Assembly (NCBI GenBank): GCA_003221005.1
Contig: QHTZ01000073.1
Span: 1-43,442 of the forward strand
Direction of reading: 5' to 3'
Source: Gemmatimonadota bacterium
Lineage (GTDB): Bacteria > Gemmatimonadota > Gemmatimonadetes > Gemmatimonadales > GWC2-71-9
DNA length: 43,442 nucleotides
The translations under genes and the position numbers were made by a program. This document shows, one piece after another, positions 29,400 to 42,052 of this stretch. The notes beneath the pieces were generated by a model. That model had not been told where the DNA came from. It ran no database searches and saw nothing but the letters and a program-made list of their open reading frames with translations. Positions within the stretch are counted from its first letter, which is position 1; each line of letters opens with the position of its first letter.

Positions 29400-30919
29400 A
29401 TCCGATCCCGGTGCTGTCGGCGACCGAGGCCACGGCCTGGGACACGATGGCGCGCACGCAGTACCGCATCCCCAGCCGGGTCCTGATGGAAGCGGCGGGC
29501 CGCGCCGTGGCGCAGCTGATCGTGCGCGAGTTCCCAGAAGTGGTGGCGCGCGGCGCGCTCGTGGTCGCCGGGGCGGGGAACAACGGCGGCGACGGCTGGG
29601 TGATCGCCCGCGCGCTGCACGCGGCCGGTGCCGCCGCGTGGGTGGCGGCGCTCGACCCCAAGACCGACGATGCGATCGACAACCGCGCGCTGGCGCGCGT
29701 GGACGGCGTGCGCGAGCTGGGGCGCGAGGAGCCGTGGCCCGCCGCGGCGCTCGTGGTGGACGCGCTGCTCGGGACCGGGGCGGCGGGCCCAGCGCGCGGC
29801 GACGTGCTGGCGCTGGCGCAGCGGATCGTCACGTATGGCGCGCCCATCCTAGCGGTGGACGGCCCCACGGGGCTCGACCTGTCGAGCGGCGAGCCACATG
29901 GCCCCGTGCGGGCGCGCTTAAGCGTCACGTTCGGCGGCGTGCGGCGCGGGCATCTCCTGGCGCGCGACTGGTGCGGGCGGATCGTCGTGGTGGACATCGG
30001 TCTCCCGCCTCCCGATCCCGTGTGGCCGCTGCTCGTCACCGATGCCTGGGCAGGCGCGCGCCTGCCGCGCCTCACCCCAACGATGCACAAGGGCGACCGC
30101 GGGCGCGTCGCCGTGGTGGGCGGCGCGGCCGGAATGACCGGTGCCGCGCTGCACGCCGCTCGGGCCGCGCTCGCCGCGGGGGCAGGGCTCGTCAAGCTCG
30201 TGGCCGCGCCCGAGACGATCGCCGCTGCGCGCGCGACCCTCCCCGACGTGTTGACGGTCGAATCGGGGCTCGGCGGCGAGCTCGAGCCGGACGTCGCTCA
30301 GGCGCTCGACTGGGCCGACGCACTCGTCGCCGGGCCGGGCCTCGGCCGCGAGCCGGCCCGGGGCGACTTCCTCAAGGCGGTGCTCGCGCGGCGCGCAGTG
30401 CCGACGGTCTTGGACGCCGACGCGCTCGGCCTGTTTCGCGGCCCGGCCGAGCGACCGACGGTGTTCACTCCGCACCTGGGCGAGTTCCGCGCGCTGGCGG
30501 GCGACCAGCTCGCGGACGAGGCGGCGAATGACCGCTGGGCGGCGGCGGTCAAAGCCGCCCAGAAGCTGCGCGGCACCGTGCTGCTCAAGGGCGTCCCCAC
30601 CGTCATCGCCGACCTGCGCGGGCCGGTGCACGTCGTGGCGAGCGGCAACCCGGGCCTCGCCACCGGCGGGTCGGGGGACCTGCTCGCCGGGTTCATCGGC
30701 GCCTTTCTCGCGCGCGGCAGCGCGCCCCCCGAGGCTGCCGCGCTCGGCGCGCACGCGCTGGGGCGCGCCGCCGAGCACGGCGCGCGCCTGTGGACGGCGC
30801 GCAGTCTCCGGCCTGCCGACGTGCTCGCGGCCCTGCCGGAGATTTGGCGCGCGTGGGCCGACACGAAGCCGGCGGGCCCCCCGGTGCTCGCGGTCCTCGA
30901 GTCGCCGGAGACGGAGTGA
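29396..30919 (+). CDS. nnr: Bifunctional NAD(P)HX epimerase/dehydratase
   Basis: LMEAAG, GNNGGDG, DALLGTG, HKG, GPGLG, DADAL, TPHLGE, LATGGSGD. Confidence 0.93.
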   Translation: MNPIPVLSATEATAWDTMARTQYRIPSRVLMEAAGRAVAQLIVREFPEVVARGALVVAGAGNNGGDGWVIARALHAAGAAAWVAALDPKTDDAIDNRALARVDGVRELGREEPWPAAALVVDALLGTGAAGPARGDVLALAQRIVTYGAPILAVDGPTGLDLSSGEPHGPVRARLSVTFGGVRRGHLLARDWCGRIVVVDIGLPPPDPVWPLLVTDAWAGARLPRLTPTMHKGDRGRVAVVGGAAGMTGAALHAARAALAAGAGLVKLVAAPETIAAARATLPDVLTVESGLGGELEPDVAQALDWADALVAGPGLGREPARGDFLKAVLARRAVPTVLDADALGLFRGPAERPTVFTPHLGEFRALAGDQLADEAANDRWAAAVKAAQKLRGTVLLKGVPTVIADLRGPVHVVASGNPGLATGGSGDLLAGFIGAFLARGSAPPEAAALGAHALGRAAEHGARLWTARSLRPADVLAALPEIWRAWADTKPAGPPVLAVLESPETE

Positions 30920-31884
30920 CCGAGCTCGGTGCCGGCGCGGAGTTCGACCGGCTGCGCGCGATCTTCGCGCGGCTGCGCGAGCAGAAGGCCGACGGCGAGC
31001 TCGGAGACGACTGCGCGCTCGTGCGACTGGGAGGTACGACGCTCGCTGCGAGCGTGGACCTGAGCCTCGAGGGCGTGCATTTCCGTACCGACTGGCTCTC
31101 CTTCCAGGAGATCGGCTGGCGCGCGGCAGCGGCGGCCCTGTCCGATCTCGCGGCGGCGGGAGCGACGCCGGTCGGCGTGCTCGTCAGCCTGGGGCTGCCT
31201 GCGGGAACCGGGAACCGGGAAACGGGAAACGTGGATCCCGGTACGGAGATCATGGAGGGTGTGGGGGCGGCGGCGCGGAGCGTGGGGGCGAAGGTGCTCG
31301 GTGGTGACTTGGTGCGCTCAGAGCGTTACCTCGTGGACGTCTGTGTCCTCGGGACGGCGAACCGGCCGGTGCGGCGCCGCGGCGCGCGGCGCGGCGACGG
31401 CGTGTGGGTGACGGGCACGCTCGGCGGCGCGGGCCTCGCGCTCGCGCGGCTCCAGTCCGGAAGCCGGCCCGACCGTGACCTGTGGCTGCGCTTCGCGCAC
31501 CCCGAGCCGCGCATCGCGGCCGGTCGCTGGCTGGCGCGCCGCGGCGCGCATGCGATGATCGACCTCTCCGACGGACTCGCCGCGGATGCCGGCCACGTCG
31601 CCGCCGCCTCTCGAGTGGCGATCGAAATCGAGCTCGGACAGTTGCCTTGCTGGCCCGGCGTCGTGGCGCGCGACGCCGCCGCGAGCGGCGAAGAGTTCGA
31701 GCTGCTCGTGGCGCTCCCCGCTCGCTTCGGCGACCGGAACGCCCGGGCGTTCACGCGCGCGACTGGCCTCCCGCTCACGCGGATCGGCCGCTGCATGCAG
31801 GGGGCGGGAGTGCGCGTCACGGAAGCGGGACGGTCCGTGCCCGTCCCCCCCGGGTTCGACCACTTCGCCCCGCCAGCCCGATGA
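30916..31884 (+). CDS. thiL: Thiamine-monophosphate kinase
   Basis: EFD, GDDCA, EGVHF, LSDLAA, GGD, IDLSDGL, SGEEFEL, GFDHF. Confidence 0.92.
   Translation: MTELGAGAEFDRLRAIFARLREQKADGELGDDCALVRLGGTTLAASVDLSLEGVHFRTDWLSFQEIGWRAAAAALSDLAAAGATPVGVLVSLGLPAGTGNRETGNVDPGTEIMEGVGAAARSVGAKVLGGDLVRSERYLVDVCVLGTANRPVRRRGARRGDGVWVTGTLGGAGLALARLQSGSRPDRDLWLRFAHPEPRIAAGRWLARRGAHAMIDLSDGLAADAGHVAAASRVAIEIELGQLPCWPGVVARDAAASGEEFELLVALPARFGDRNARAFTRATGLPLTRIGRCMQGAGVRVTEAGRSVPVPPGFDHFAPPAR
31202..31229 (+). repeat. 4x heptamer array CGGGAAM inside thiL
   Basis: CGGGAAC CGGGAAC CGGGAAA CGGGAAA, encoding GTGNRETGN. Confidence 0.85.
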
Positions 31885-32595
31885 TCCGGCTGCTGTGGGC
31901 CGCCATCTGGGTCATACCGTCCACGGTGTTCCACTCCCTCGTGGCGATCGTCGCAGCGCTGCTCGGCGTCAAGCGGCGCCCCGGCGGAGGGGGCGTGTAC
32001 GACTGGGCGACGGTCGACTGGGCGCGGAGCGTGCTGTGGGTCGCGGGAACTCCGGTCGAAGCGGTGGGCCTCGAGCGCATCCCCCGTGGCCAGCCCGTGG
32101 TGTACGCGTCCAATCACACTTCGATGTTCGACATTTGGTCCCTGTCGGCGACGCTCCCGGGCTCGACCCGCTTCGTCGCGAAGCAGGAGCTCGGACGCGT
32201 CCCGATCCTCGGGCTCGCGATGCGTCGGGCCGGCCACGTCCTGATCGATCGCTTCAACCGGGCGCGGGCATTCGAGGCCTACGAGCAAGCAGCCGCGACG
32301 ATCCACAGCGGCATCTCGGCGATCGTGTTCCCGGAGGGCACCCGCAGCCGCACCGGGGAGCTGCTCCCGTTCAGGAACGCGCCGTTCGCGCTGGCCATCG
32401 CCGCTCAGGTGCCGATCGTGCCGGTGTACGTGGACGGCACCTACCGCATCCTGCCCAAGGGCTCCTGGCGGCTGCGGCCGCGGCCGATTCACATCGAGAT
32501 CGGGGACCCCATTTCCACTACCGGATTGTCGCTGGACGACCGCGAGGCGCTGCGCGAGCGCGTGCGGGCGGCCATCGTCGGACTCAAGGCGCGCG

Positions 32596-32621
<26 letters not shown>
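31881..32621 (+). CDS. plsC: 1-acyl-sn-glycerol-3-phosphate acyltransferase
   Basis: NHTSMFD, FVAKQEL, FPEGTRS, VPIVPV. Confidence 0.9.
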
Positions 32622-34213
<1,592 letters not shown>

Positions 34214-34240
34214 GAGGCGGGCGTGGGCTGCCCCAACCTC

Positions 34241-34543
34241 TCAACTCTTGTCGGTGCGGCCGGCCGCGAGACGCAATGCGCTTTCGATTTGCGGCTTGAT
34301 GGCAGCCAGCTTCCCTTCACACTGACTCACGAGCTGCTCGAGCTCCGGCACAAACGCTGACACGGCCGGGGGTGCGGGATCCACGGTCAGCAGCCGCTTT
34401 TGGATCGAAACGAGGGCGAGGTAGAGGGCGCTGGAGTGTGCCGTTTCGGGATGGCGTTGGGTCTGGAGCGCGTCCAGCGTCGCCTTGGCCTGGTCTCTCG
34501 CTTTGCGAACGGCGGCTGCAAGGCTCTGGTGGGTGAGACTCAC
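34241..34543 (-). CDS. Hypothetical helical protein (~100 aa)
   Basis: Amphipathic helical ORF filling the gap downstream of the receiver gene; start uncertain (GTG 34543 or TTG 34555). Confidence 0.5.
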   Translation of the reverse strand: MSLTHQSLAAAVRKARDQAKATLDALQTQRHPETAHSSALYLALVSIQKRLLTVDPAPPAVSAFVPELEQLVSQCEGKLAAIKPQIESALRLAAGRTDKS

Positions 34544-34556
34544 ACCCGACCCCAAT

Positions 34557-34958
34557 TCAGCGCCCCGCGACCTTGCGGTCCCGCGCCCGCAGCGTCGCGT
34601 GGAGCCACTCGGTAATCTGCTGGGGACGGAACGGCTTGCGGAACACGGTGCAGCCGCTGTGGTCGAGCCACGGCCGCACGTCGTCGGCATCGGGGTCCGC
34701 GGTGATGAACGCGATGCACCCGGCGAGCGCGGGCCAGCCGTGGCTGATGGCGGTGTAGAGGGCCAGGCCCGACATCGTCGGGAGGCGGACGTCGAGCAGC
34801 GCCGCGTCCACGGGCTCCGAGCGGAGCAGGGCGTAGGCCGTGTCGGGGGAGCCAGCCGTGACAACGCGGTAGCCCATTCCCACGAGGACGCTTTCCAGGG
34901 CTTGTCGGAGCGAGGCGTCGTCGTCGACGATCAGGACCGTGCGCGAGGCGACTCTCAT
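34557..34958 (-). CDS. Stand-alone response-regulator receiver protein
   Basis: VLIVDDD, LLDVRLPTMSG, FITA, KPF. Confidence 0.88.
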   Translation of the reverse strand: MRVASRTVLIVDDDASLRQALESVLVGMGYRVVTAGSPDTAYALLRSEPVDAALLDVRLPTMSGLALYTAISHGWPALAGCIAFITADPDADDVRPWLDHSGCTVFRKPFRPQQITEWLHATLRARDRKVAGR

Positions 34959-35060
34959 ACGTCCCATGGTGGCAGCGGGAGATGGCAAAACGAAGTGACG
35001 AGCGTCACTTCTGACGCCATTCCGACCTCGGGCACGCCTCACTACCTTCAACGCAATCCG

Positions 35061-35134
35061 GGCAGGGTAGCTCAGCTGGTTAGAGCACGGCACTCATAAT
35101 GCCGGGGTCGCGGGTTCGAGTCCCGCCCCTGCTA
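35061..35134 (+). tRNA. tRNA-Met(CAU), elongator type; CCA not encoded
   Basis: Acceptor GGCAGGG/CCCTGCT, D-arm GCTC/GAGC, anticodon stem CGGCA/TGCCG with loop CTCATAA, T-loop GTTCGAG. Confidence 0.93.
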
Positions 35135-35264
35135 CCTCTTCAGTACTTCGGCGCGTCTTGCTTTTTGCCAAAAGCTTGACGCCCTCCCCGGACTCCCCAA
35201 TCTTGTGGCGGCGCTGCGCCCCGCCAGGACGATTGCTCAACCCGACACCGGAGGCTTGTACCCC

Positions 35265-35861
35265 ATGGCCGAAGCCCGCCTGCGTCTCCGGCTGCTGACC
35301 CTCGCCTGCATCCTCGGGGTCGCGCCGCACCCGCTCGCCGCCCAGGGATACCGCTTCGCGAATATCCCCTGGGGCTCAAACGGCGCCGCCATCAAACAAC
35401 TGCTGGCGGACCAGGGCATGAACTTCGTCGAGGTGGATACCGATGGCGACTACAAGTTCAAGGGAACCCTGAGCGGGTACGAAGCTGTCGTGTGGGGCCT
35501 CATGTCCAGCGGCGGCGTCGCGAAGTTCAGCGTCACCCTCTTCACCCCCGACGAAAAAGCGAGACAGGCGTATCGCGACATGAAAGCGATGCTCACCGCG
35601 AAGTACGGTGCGCCCGCCGAGCTAGTGGAGACGTTCGACTCCCCGTTCCGGGAGGGCGACGGGCGCGAGGAACAGGCCATTCGGGAGGACAAGGGCCACT
35701 TCCTCGTGCTCTGGCGGCAGCGCGTGGGCCCGGATACGAGCTACCTCGGTCTCCAGATCACGGAGAAGCTGAACCTGTTCCTCGCCTACGAGAGTCCCAA
35801 GTGGAGCGCCGAGCTCGATCGGCGCAGGGCGAAGCTGGCGAAGCGAAACAGCCCATTCTAA
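35265..35861 (+). CDS. Secreted hypothetical protein
   Basis: GGAGG RBS; signal peptide ending LAAQ; FANIPWG and LTAKYGAP segments. Confidence 0.75.
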   Translation: MAEARLRLRLLTLACILGVAPHPLAAQGYRFANIPWGSNGAAIKQLLADQGMNFVEVDTDGDYKFKGTLSGYEAVVWGLMSSGGVAKFSVTLFTPDEKARQAYRDMKAMLTAKYGAPAELVETFDSPFREGDGREEQAIREDKGHFLVLWRQRVGPDTSYLGLQITEKLNLFLAYESPKWSAELDRRRAKLAKRNSPF

Positions 35862-36066
35862 CGCCACAGCGTCTTGCATTTTGCCGCCGGGGTCGCGAAA
35901 TCGGTCCTGACCGGCGGCCTGCCCGCACCCCCGGAAATCCAGTGCAACTCCCTGAGCCGCCGTGCGATACACCGACCCCGCTGCGCCCAGCCCGGGTCTT
36001 GCCAACCAAGGAGCGGAACAGGGTCACACAGGTGTGGCCCCGTCATCTCGCACTGAGGGAGGCTTC

Positions 36067-36510
36067 ATGGTTCGGGCCGCAGTCGCCGTCTGGGCAGGCG
36101 CCACACTGCTCGGCGCGCCGCACATGGCCGTCGCTCAGACCAGGCAATGGGAGGCGGAAGTTGAGCAGCAGCTCGCGAGCGCGGGGCAGCTGTTTTCCGG
36201 GCACGGCTTCGAGCCGACGCACGACACATACACGGGCACGCTGCGCTCCAGTGAATATGAGTATCTCACCGTCACCCTTCACGCGGGCACGCGCTACGCG
36301 CTCGTCGGCATGTGCGACAACGATTGCCGCGAACTCGATCTCGAGCTGTACGACGCGGACGGCCGCGAAGTCGACGCTGATCGCGAACCGGACGACGCGC
36401 CGACCGTGGTGGCGAGGCCCGACGTGACGCAGCAATACCGGCTCAAGGTGATCATGTCGACCTGTTCCGCCTCGCCCTGTTACTACGGCATCGGCGTGTA
36501 CAGCCGGTAG
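36067..36510 (+). CDS. Secreted PPC-like domain protein
   Basis: GGAGG RBS; signal peptide ending AVAQ; GMCDNDCRELDLELYD, CSASPCYY. Confidence 0.78.
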   Translation: MVRAAVAVWAGATLLGAPHMAVAQTRQWEAEVEQQLASAGQLFSGHGFEPTHDTYTGTLRSSEYEYLTVTLHAGTRYALVGMCDNDCRELDLELYDADGREVDADREPDDAPTVVARPDVTQQYRLKVIMSTCSASPCYYGIGVYSR

Positions 36511-36543
36511 TCGAGTCAGCGTTCCAAATTGCGCCGTTCGCGC

Positions 36544-36570
36544 GACCGCCTCCCACGTCGGGAGGCGGTC
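36544..36570. terminator. Hairpin downstream of 36067-36510
   Basis: GACCGCCTCCC-ACGTC-GGGAGGCGGTC, perfect 11-bp stem; no clear U-tract. Confidence 0.5.
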
Positions 36571-36633
36571 TCGCGTTGTGGCAGTCCGGCCCGCACCTTT
36601 GGGGCGAACGTCGAACTCGGGAGAGTGAACGCC

Positions 36634-37161
36634 ATGAGGACGATCCACAGATATCTGGCGGCGGGGCTCGGTCTCGCGGCCCTGGTCGCGCTCGGCGCGG
36701 AGCGCGTGCAGGCTCAGGCGCAGCCGCCGGCGGCGCCAGCCACGCCCCCTGCGCCAGCGGTGCCGGCCGCACCGGCTGCGCCAGCGATGCCGGCCGCGCG
36801 GCCCGCCGCCGGGCCGCCCAAGGTGCGCATCACGTCGCCGCAAAACAGGGCCGTCGTGACGGGCACCAGCGTGCATGTGACGCTCGAGGCGCAAGGGATC
36901 GAGATCGCGCCAGCCTCCGAGGAGCGGCCCGGCACGGCGCATCACCACCTGTTCCTCGACACCGATCTCACGTCACCCGAGGTGAAGATTCCCCAGGGCA
37001 CGACTGGGATCATTCACTTGGGCCGCGGTCAGACGGAGTTCACGTTCGACAAAGTGGCGCCCGGACCGCACCGCCTGATCGCAGAGCTCGCCGACTTCAA
37101 CCACATTCCGCTGAAGCCGCCCGCGGTGGACACGGTGCGATTCACGGTCAAAGCCCCGTAA
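36634..37161 (+). CDS. DUF4399-like secreted protein
   Basis: Signal peptide, Pro/Ala linker, VRITSP, AHHHLFLD, IHLGRGQTE, PGPHRL...ADFNH. Confidence 0.8.
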   Translation: MRTIHRYLAAGLGLAALVALGAERVQAQAQPPAAPATPPAPAVPAAPAAPAMPAARPAAGPPKVRITSPQNRAVVTGTSVHVTLEAQGIEIAPASEERPGTAHHHLFLDTDLTSPEVKIPQGTTGIIHLGRGQTEFTFDKVAPGPHRLIAELADFNHIPLKPPAVDTVRFTVKAP

Positions 37162-37180
37162 CCCGGTTCGAGCAACGAAG

Positions 37181-37213
37181 AGGGACCAGCTGCGAGATCC
37201 GCGGCTGGTCCCT
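37181..37213. terminator. Hairpin between convergent genes
   Basis: AGGGACCAGC...GCTGGTCCCT stem, extended by TGCG/CGCG. Confidence 0.6.
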
Positions 37214-37250
37214 TCACTGTATCCTCGTCCGCCGTCCCCCGTCCCCACTC

Positions 37251-37847
37251 TCAGCTCTTCAACGCTTTCCACACGACCGCTCGGATCGCCCGCGACCGCT
37301 CTTCCGCGAACCGTTGCGCGGCGGCGAGGTGGTCCTCGTAGTCCTTGCGCCAGTCCGCCGGCATGTTCGCCCGAAAGTACGCGGCCGTCATGACCGAGCC
37401 GCGTGGCGCGCTCGCCTTGCCGTAGCCCACCTCGATCACGTCGCCCAGGAAGCAGGTTGAGCTGCCGGTGTCCATGACGTTCACCACCCGGCACTCGAAG
37501 TGCGCGAAGCACTCGTCGAGCACCGGCGCTCCCAGGCGGCCGAGGCGGTGCGGCACGCCGGCCAGCTTGTCGTGGGTGCGGCCGCTCACGAACCCGAGCT
37601 GATGGACCAGGTCGAGCTGGTCCTCACGCAGCAGATGGAGCACCAGGCGCCCCGTCTCGAAGATCATGTCGTGGCTCAGGTTGAACTTGTGGACGTACAC
37701 CGAGAGGCGCGGGATCGTGGGGACGATCGAGGCGCGCACGGCGCTGTCCGAGATCATCCCGTTGCGCTTGCCGGCGCGCTCGCTCGTGATCGCGACAACC
37801 GGGGACGTGAGATGGCGCAGCAGCTGATACACCTGGTCCGCGTGCAT
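37251..37847 (-). CDS. Flavin reductase-like (DIM6/NTAB) protein
   Basis: PVVAIT, NGM, GFVSGR.DK, LGAPVL, ECRV, FLGDV. Confidence 0.85.
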   Translation of the reverse strand: MHADQVYQLLRHLTSPVVAITSERAGKRNGMISDSAVRASIVPTIPRLSVYVHKFNLSHDMIFETGRLVLHLLREDQLDLVHQLGFVSGRTHDKLAGVPHRLGRLGAPVLDECFAHFECRVVNVMDTGSSTCFLGDVIEVGYGKASAPRGSVMTAAYFRANMPADWRKDYEDHLAAAQRFAEERSRAIRAVVWKALKS

Positions 37848-37862
37848 CTGCCGTCCGGCGCG

Positions 37863-38096
37863 CTAGGCGCGTCGCCGCGCGACGGCGATCAGGTGGCTGT
37901 TGCGGACCGGGATCGCCCACGGGTAGTCGTACGTGGCGCGCAGGCGCTCGCGAAACGTGGTCAGCGCCCGCTCGGACTCCGCGGGCTCGTAGAATCGGAA
38001 GGTCGAATAGTGCCGCGCCCGCTGGTCCAGGCTCCGGACGGACTGGTAGCGGCCCGCAATGGCCCGGAAGTGCTCGCGGAAGGATGGAGACCGCAT
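37863..38096 (-). pseudogene. Short ORF, probable internally deleted methyltransferase remnant
   Basis: N-terminal EHF..IA..Y..VR followed directly by C-terminal-like HYSTF.FY; no SAM-binding GxG motif. Family assignment is from recall. Confidence 0.4.
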
Positions 38097-38159
38097 CCCC
38101 TAGCTTAGCCCGGGCCGCGAAGGTCAGGCAAGATGCAAGCCGCTAGATTAGTGTCAGTC

Positions 38160-39518
38160 ATGGCCACGCTGCTCGACCGCTTCTCCGCACACGTCGCGCG
38201 GCTCGGGCTCTTCGCGGCGCCCGGGACGGCGCTGGTCTGTGTCTCGGGCGGCGCCGACTCGATCGCGTTGCTCGACCTGATGCACGAGTTCGCCGCCTCT
38301 GCTGGCCTGTCGCTCGTCGTCGCGCACGCGGACCATCAAATTCGGTCGGACAGTCGGACGGTCGGACAGACGGTCGAGGGACTCGCGGAGCATTACGGAC
38401 TCCCCTTCGAGCTCGGCGAGCTGGGTCTTGGCCCGGATGCTTCCGAGACGGTCGCACGACGCGCGCGCTACCGCTGGTTGCGTGACGTGCAGCAGCGTCG
38501 GGGCGCACGTTATCTCGTGACCGCGCACCACCGTGACGACCAGGTGGAGACGGTGCTGTTGCGCGCGCTCTCGGGCACCGGCCCGGCGGGCCTCGCCGGG
38601 ATCCCGGTGCGCGGCCGCGGCGGGCTGGTGCGCCCGCTGCTGCCGTTCACGAAACGCGAGCTCGCGGCGCATGTCGCGGCGCGCGGGCTCCCGGTGCACG
38701 ACGATCCGGCCAATCGCGATCCGCGCCACGCCCGCTCGTGGATTCGCGTCGCGCTGCTGCCGCTGCTCGACGCCCGGCTGGGCGACGCGCTTCCGGCTAA
38801 CCTCCTGCGCCTCGGGCGGCACGCGGCCCGCGAGCGCCGCGCCTGGGACCGCGTCCTCGACATGCTTCCCGATCTCTCGCTGCGCGTCGTGGCCGGGGGT
38901 TTCGACGTTGCTCGCGGCGCACTCGCTCGCTATGATGCCGCCCTGGCCGCCGCCCTGCTCGGCGCCGCGGCCCGGCGTGTGGGCCTGGTGCTCGCGGGGC
39001 AGCGGGCGCAGCGGCTCGCCGCGTTCGCGACGAAGCCGTCGGGGCGGCGCCTCGAGTTACCTGGCGGGTGGGTGGCGGAGACCGCGTTCGATCGCTTGCG
39101 GGTCTGCCGCGGTTTCGAGCAAGCGCCCGAGCCGGTCGTCGCCGCAGCGGAGTGCGGGCGCGCGGTGTTCGGAGAGTTCGTCGTTCGCTGGGAGCCCGCG
39201 CCCGCGCCGCCTGCCCTCGAGCGCAGCGGCTGGACGACTTGGGTCGGCGGCGCGGGGTGGCAGCTCCGCCCGTACCAAGCGGGCGACCGTGTGATGCCGC
39301 TCGGCGGCGTGGGCCACCGCCCGGTGCGCCGGCTGCTGATGGAGGCCCAGGTGCCGCGTGGCGAGCGGGGCCGCTACCCCGTAGTCACGCGCGGCGAAAC
39401 CATTGTGTGGGTTCCCGGGATCTGCCGCGGCGCGGCCGATCTGCCGCAGCCCGGAACCCCAGCGGTGCGGCTGGATGTTACCGGGTACAGCGAGCCTGAA
39501 GCAGACCGGCGGGCGTGA
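38160..39518 (+). CDS. tilS: tRNA(Ile)-lysidine synthetase
   Basis: SGGADS, ARRARY, TAHHRDDQVET, RPLL, DPAN; tilS-hpt-ftsH synteny. Confidence 0.94.
   Translation: MATLLDRFSAHVARLGLFAAPGTALVCVSGGADSIALLDLMHEFAASAGLSLVVAHADHQIRSDSRTVGQTVEGLAEHYGLPFELGELGLGPDASETVARRARYRWLRDVQQRRGARYLVTAHHRDDQVETVLLRALSGTGPAGLAGIPVRGRGGLVRPLLPFTKRELAAHVAARGLPVHDDPANRDPRHARSWIRVALLPLLDARLGDALPANLLRLGRHAARERRAWDRVLDMLPDLSLRVVAGGFDVARGALARYDAALAAALLGAAARRVGLVLAGQRAQRLAAFATKPSGRRLELPGGWVAETAFDRLRVCRGFEQAPEPVVAAAECGRAVFGEFVVRWEPAPAPPALERSGWTTWVGGAGWQLRPYQAGDRVMPLGGVGHRPVRRLLMEAQVPRGERGRYPVVTRGETIVWVPGICRGAADLPQPGTPAVRLDVTGYSEPEADRRA
38345..38368 (+). repeat. 3x octamer array GTCGGACR inside tilS
   Basis: GTCGGACA GTCGGACG GTCGGACA; reverse complement of the unit at 14715-14746. 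Confidence 0.8.
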
Positions 39519-40028
39519 GCTGGCGGGTATCGTGTTCGACGCGGACACGATCGCCGCGCGGGTGCGCGCCCTAGGCCGCGAGATCACGGCGGCTTATCCG
39601 GACGGCGAGCTGCTAGTGCTGGGATTGCTGAAGGGGAGCTTCATCTTCCTGAGCGATCTGGTGCGGCGCATCGAGCGACCGCTGCAGGTCGACTTCCTCG
39701 TGGCCGCAAGTTACGGCGCCGACACGGTTTCGAGCGGCGAGGTGCGGCTCCTGTACGATCCCGAAACCACGCTGCGGGGTAAGCATATCCTGCTGGTCGA
39801 GGATATCGTGGATACGGGGAAGACGCTCAACCGCATGGTGACGCTGCTGCGGCGGCGTGACCCAAGGAGTCTCGACATCTGCGCCTTGTTGCATAAGCAC
39901 GTCGCCGAGCACCTGGAGCTGGAGCCGGTGTTCGTCGGGTTCGACGCCCCGCGCAGCTTCCTCGTGGGGTACGGGCTCGATCATGCGGAGAATTTCCGGC
40001 ACCTTCCTTATATTGCGAGTCTGACGTA

Positions 40029-40029
<1 letters not shown>
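39475..40029 (+). CDS. hpt: Hypoxanthine phosphoribosyltransferase
   Basis: [36 protein letters not shown]. Confidence 0.95.
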
Positions 40030-42017
<1,988 letters not shown>

Positions 42018-42052
42018 GCGGGGGGGGGGCCGCGGGCTCCAGGTAGCCCGGC

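Noticed and set aside
35061-35134. tRNA(CAU) as tRNA-Ile2 because tilS is nearby, or as initiator
   Set aside because: Lacks the C4/C5 acceptor pattern typical of Ile2 and the GGG/CCC anticodon stem and C1 mismatch of initiators; resembles elongator Met.
35886-35897. 12-bp match (GCCGGGGTCGCG) to tRNA-Met 35101-35112 as a possible att remnant
   Set aside because: Short, very GC-rich, does not extend to the tRNA 3' end, and no integrase nearby; chance is plausible.
42019-42029. Poly-G tract after ftsH as a phase-variation site
   Set aside because: Intergenic, can pair with the C-rich end of ftsH as a hairpin, and may be a homopolymer sequencing artefact.
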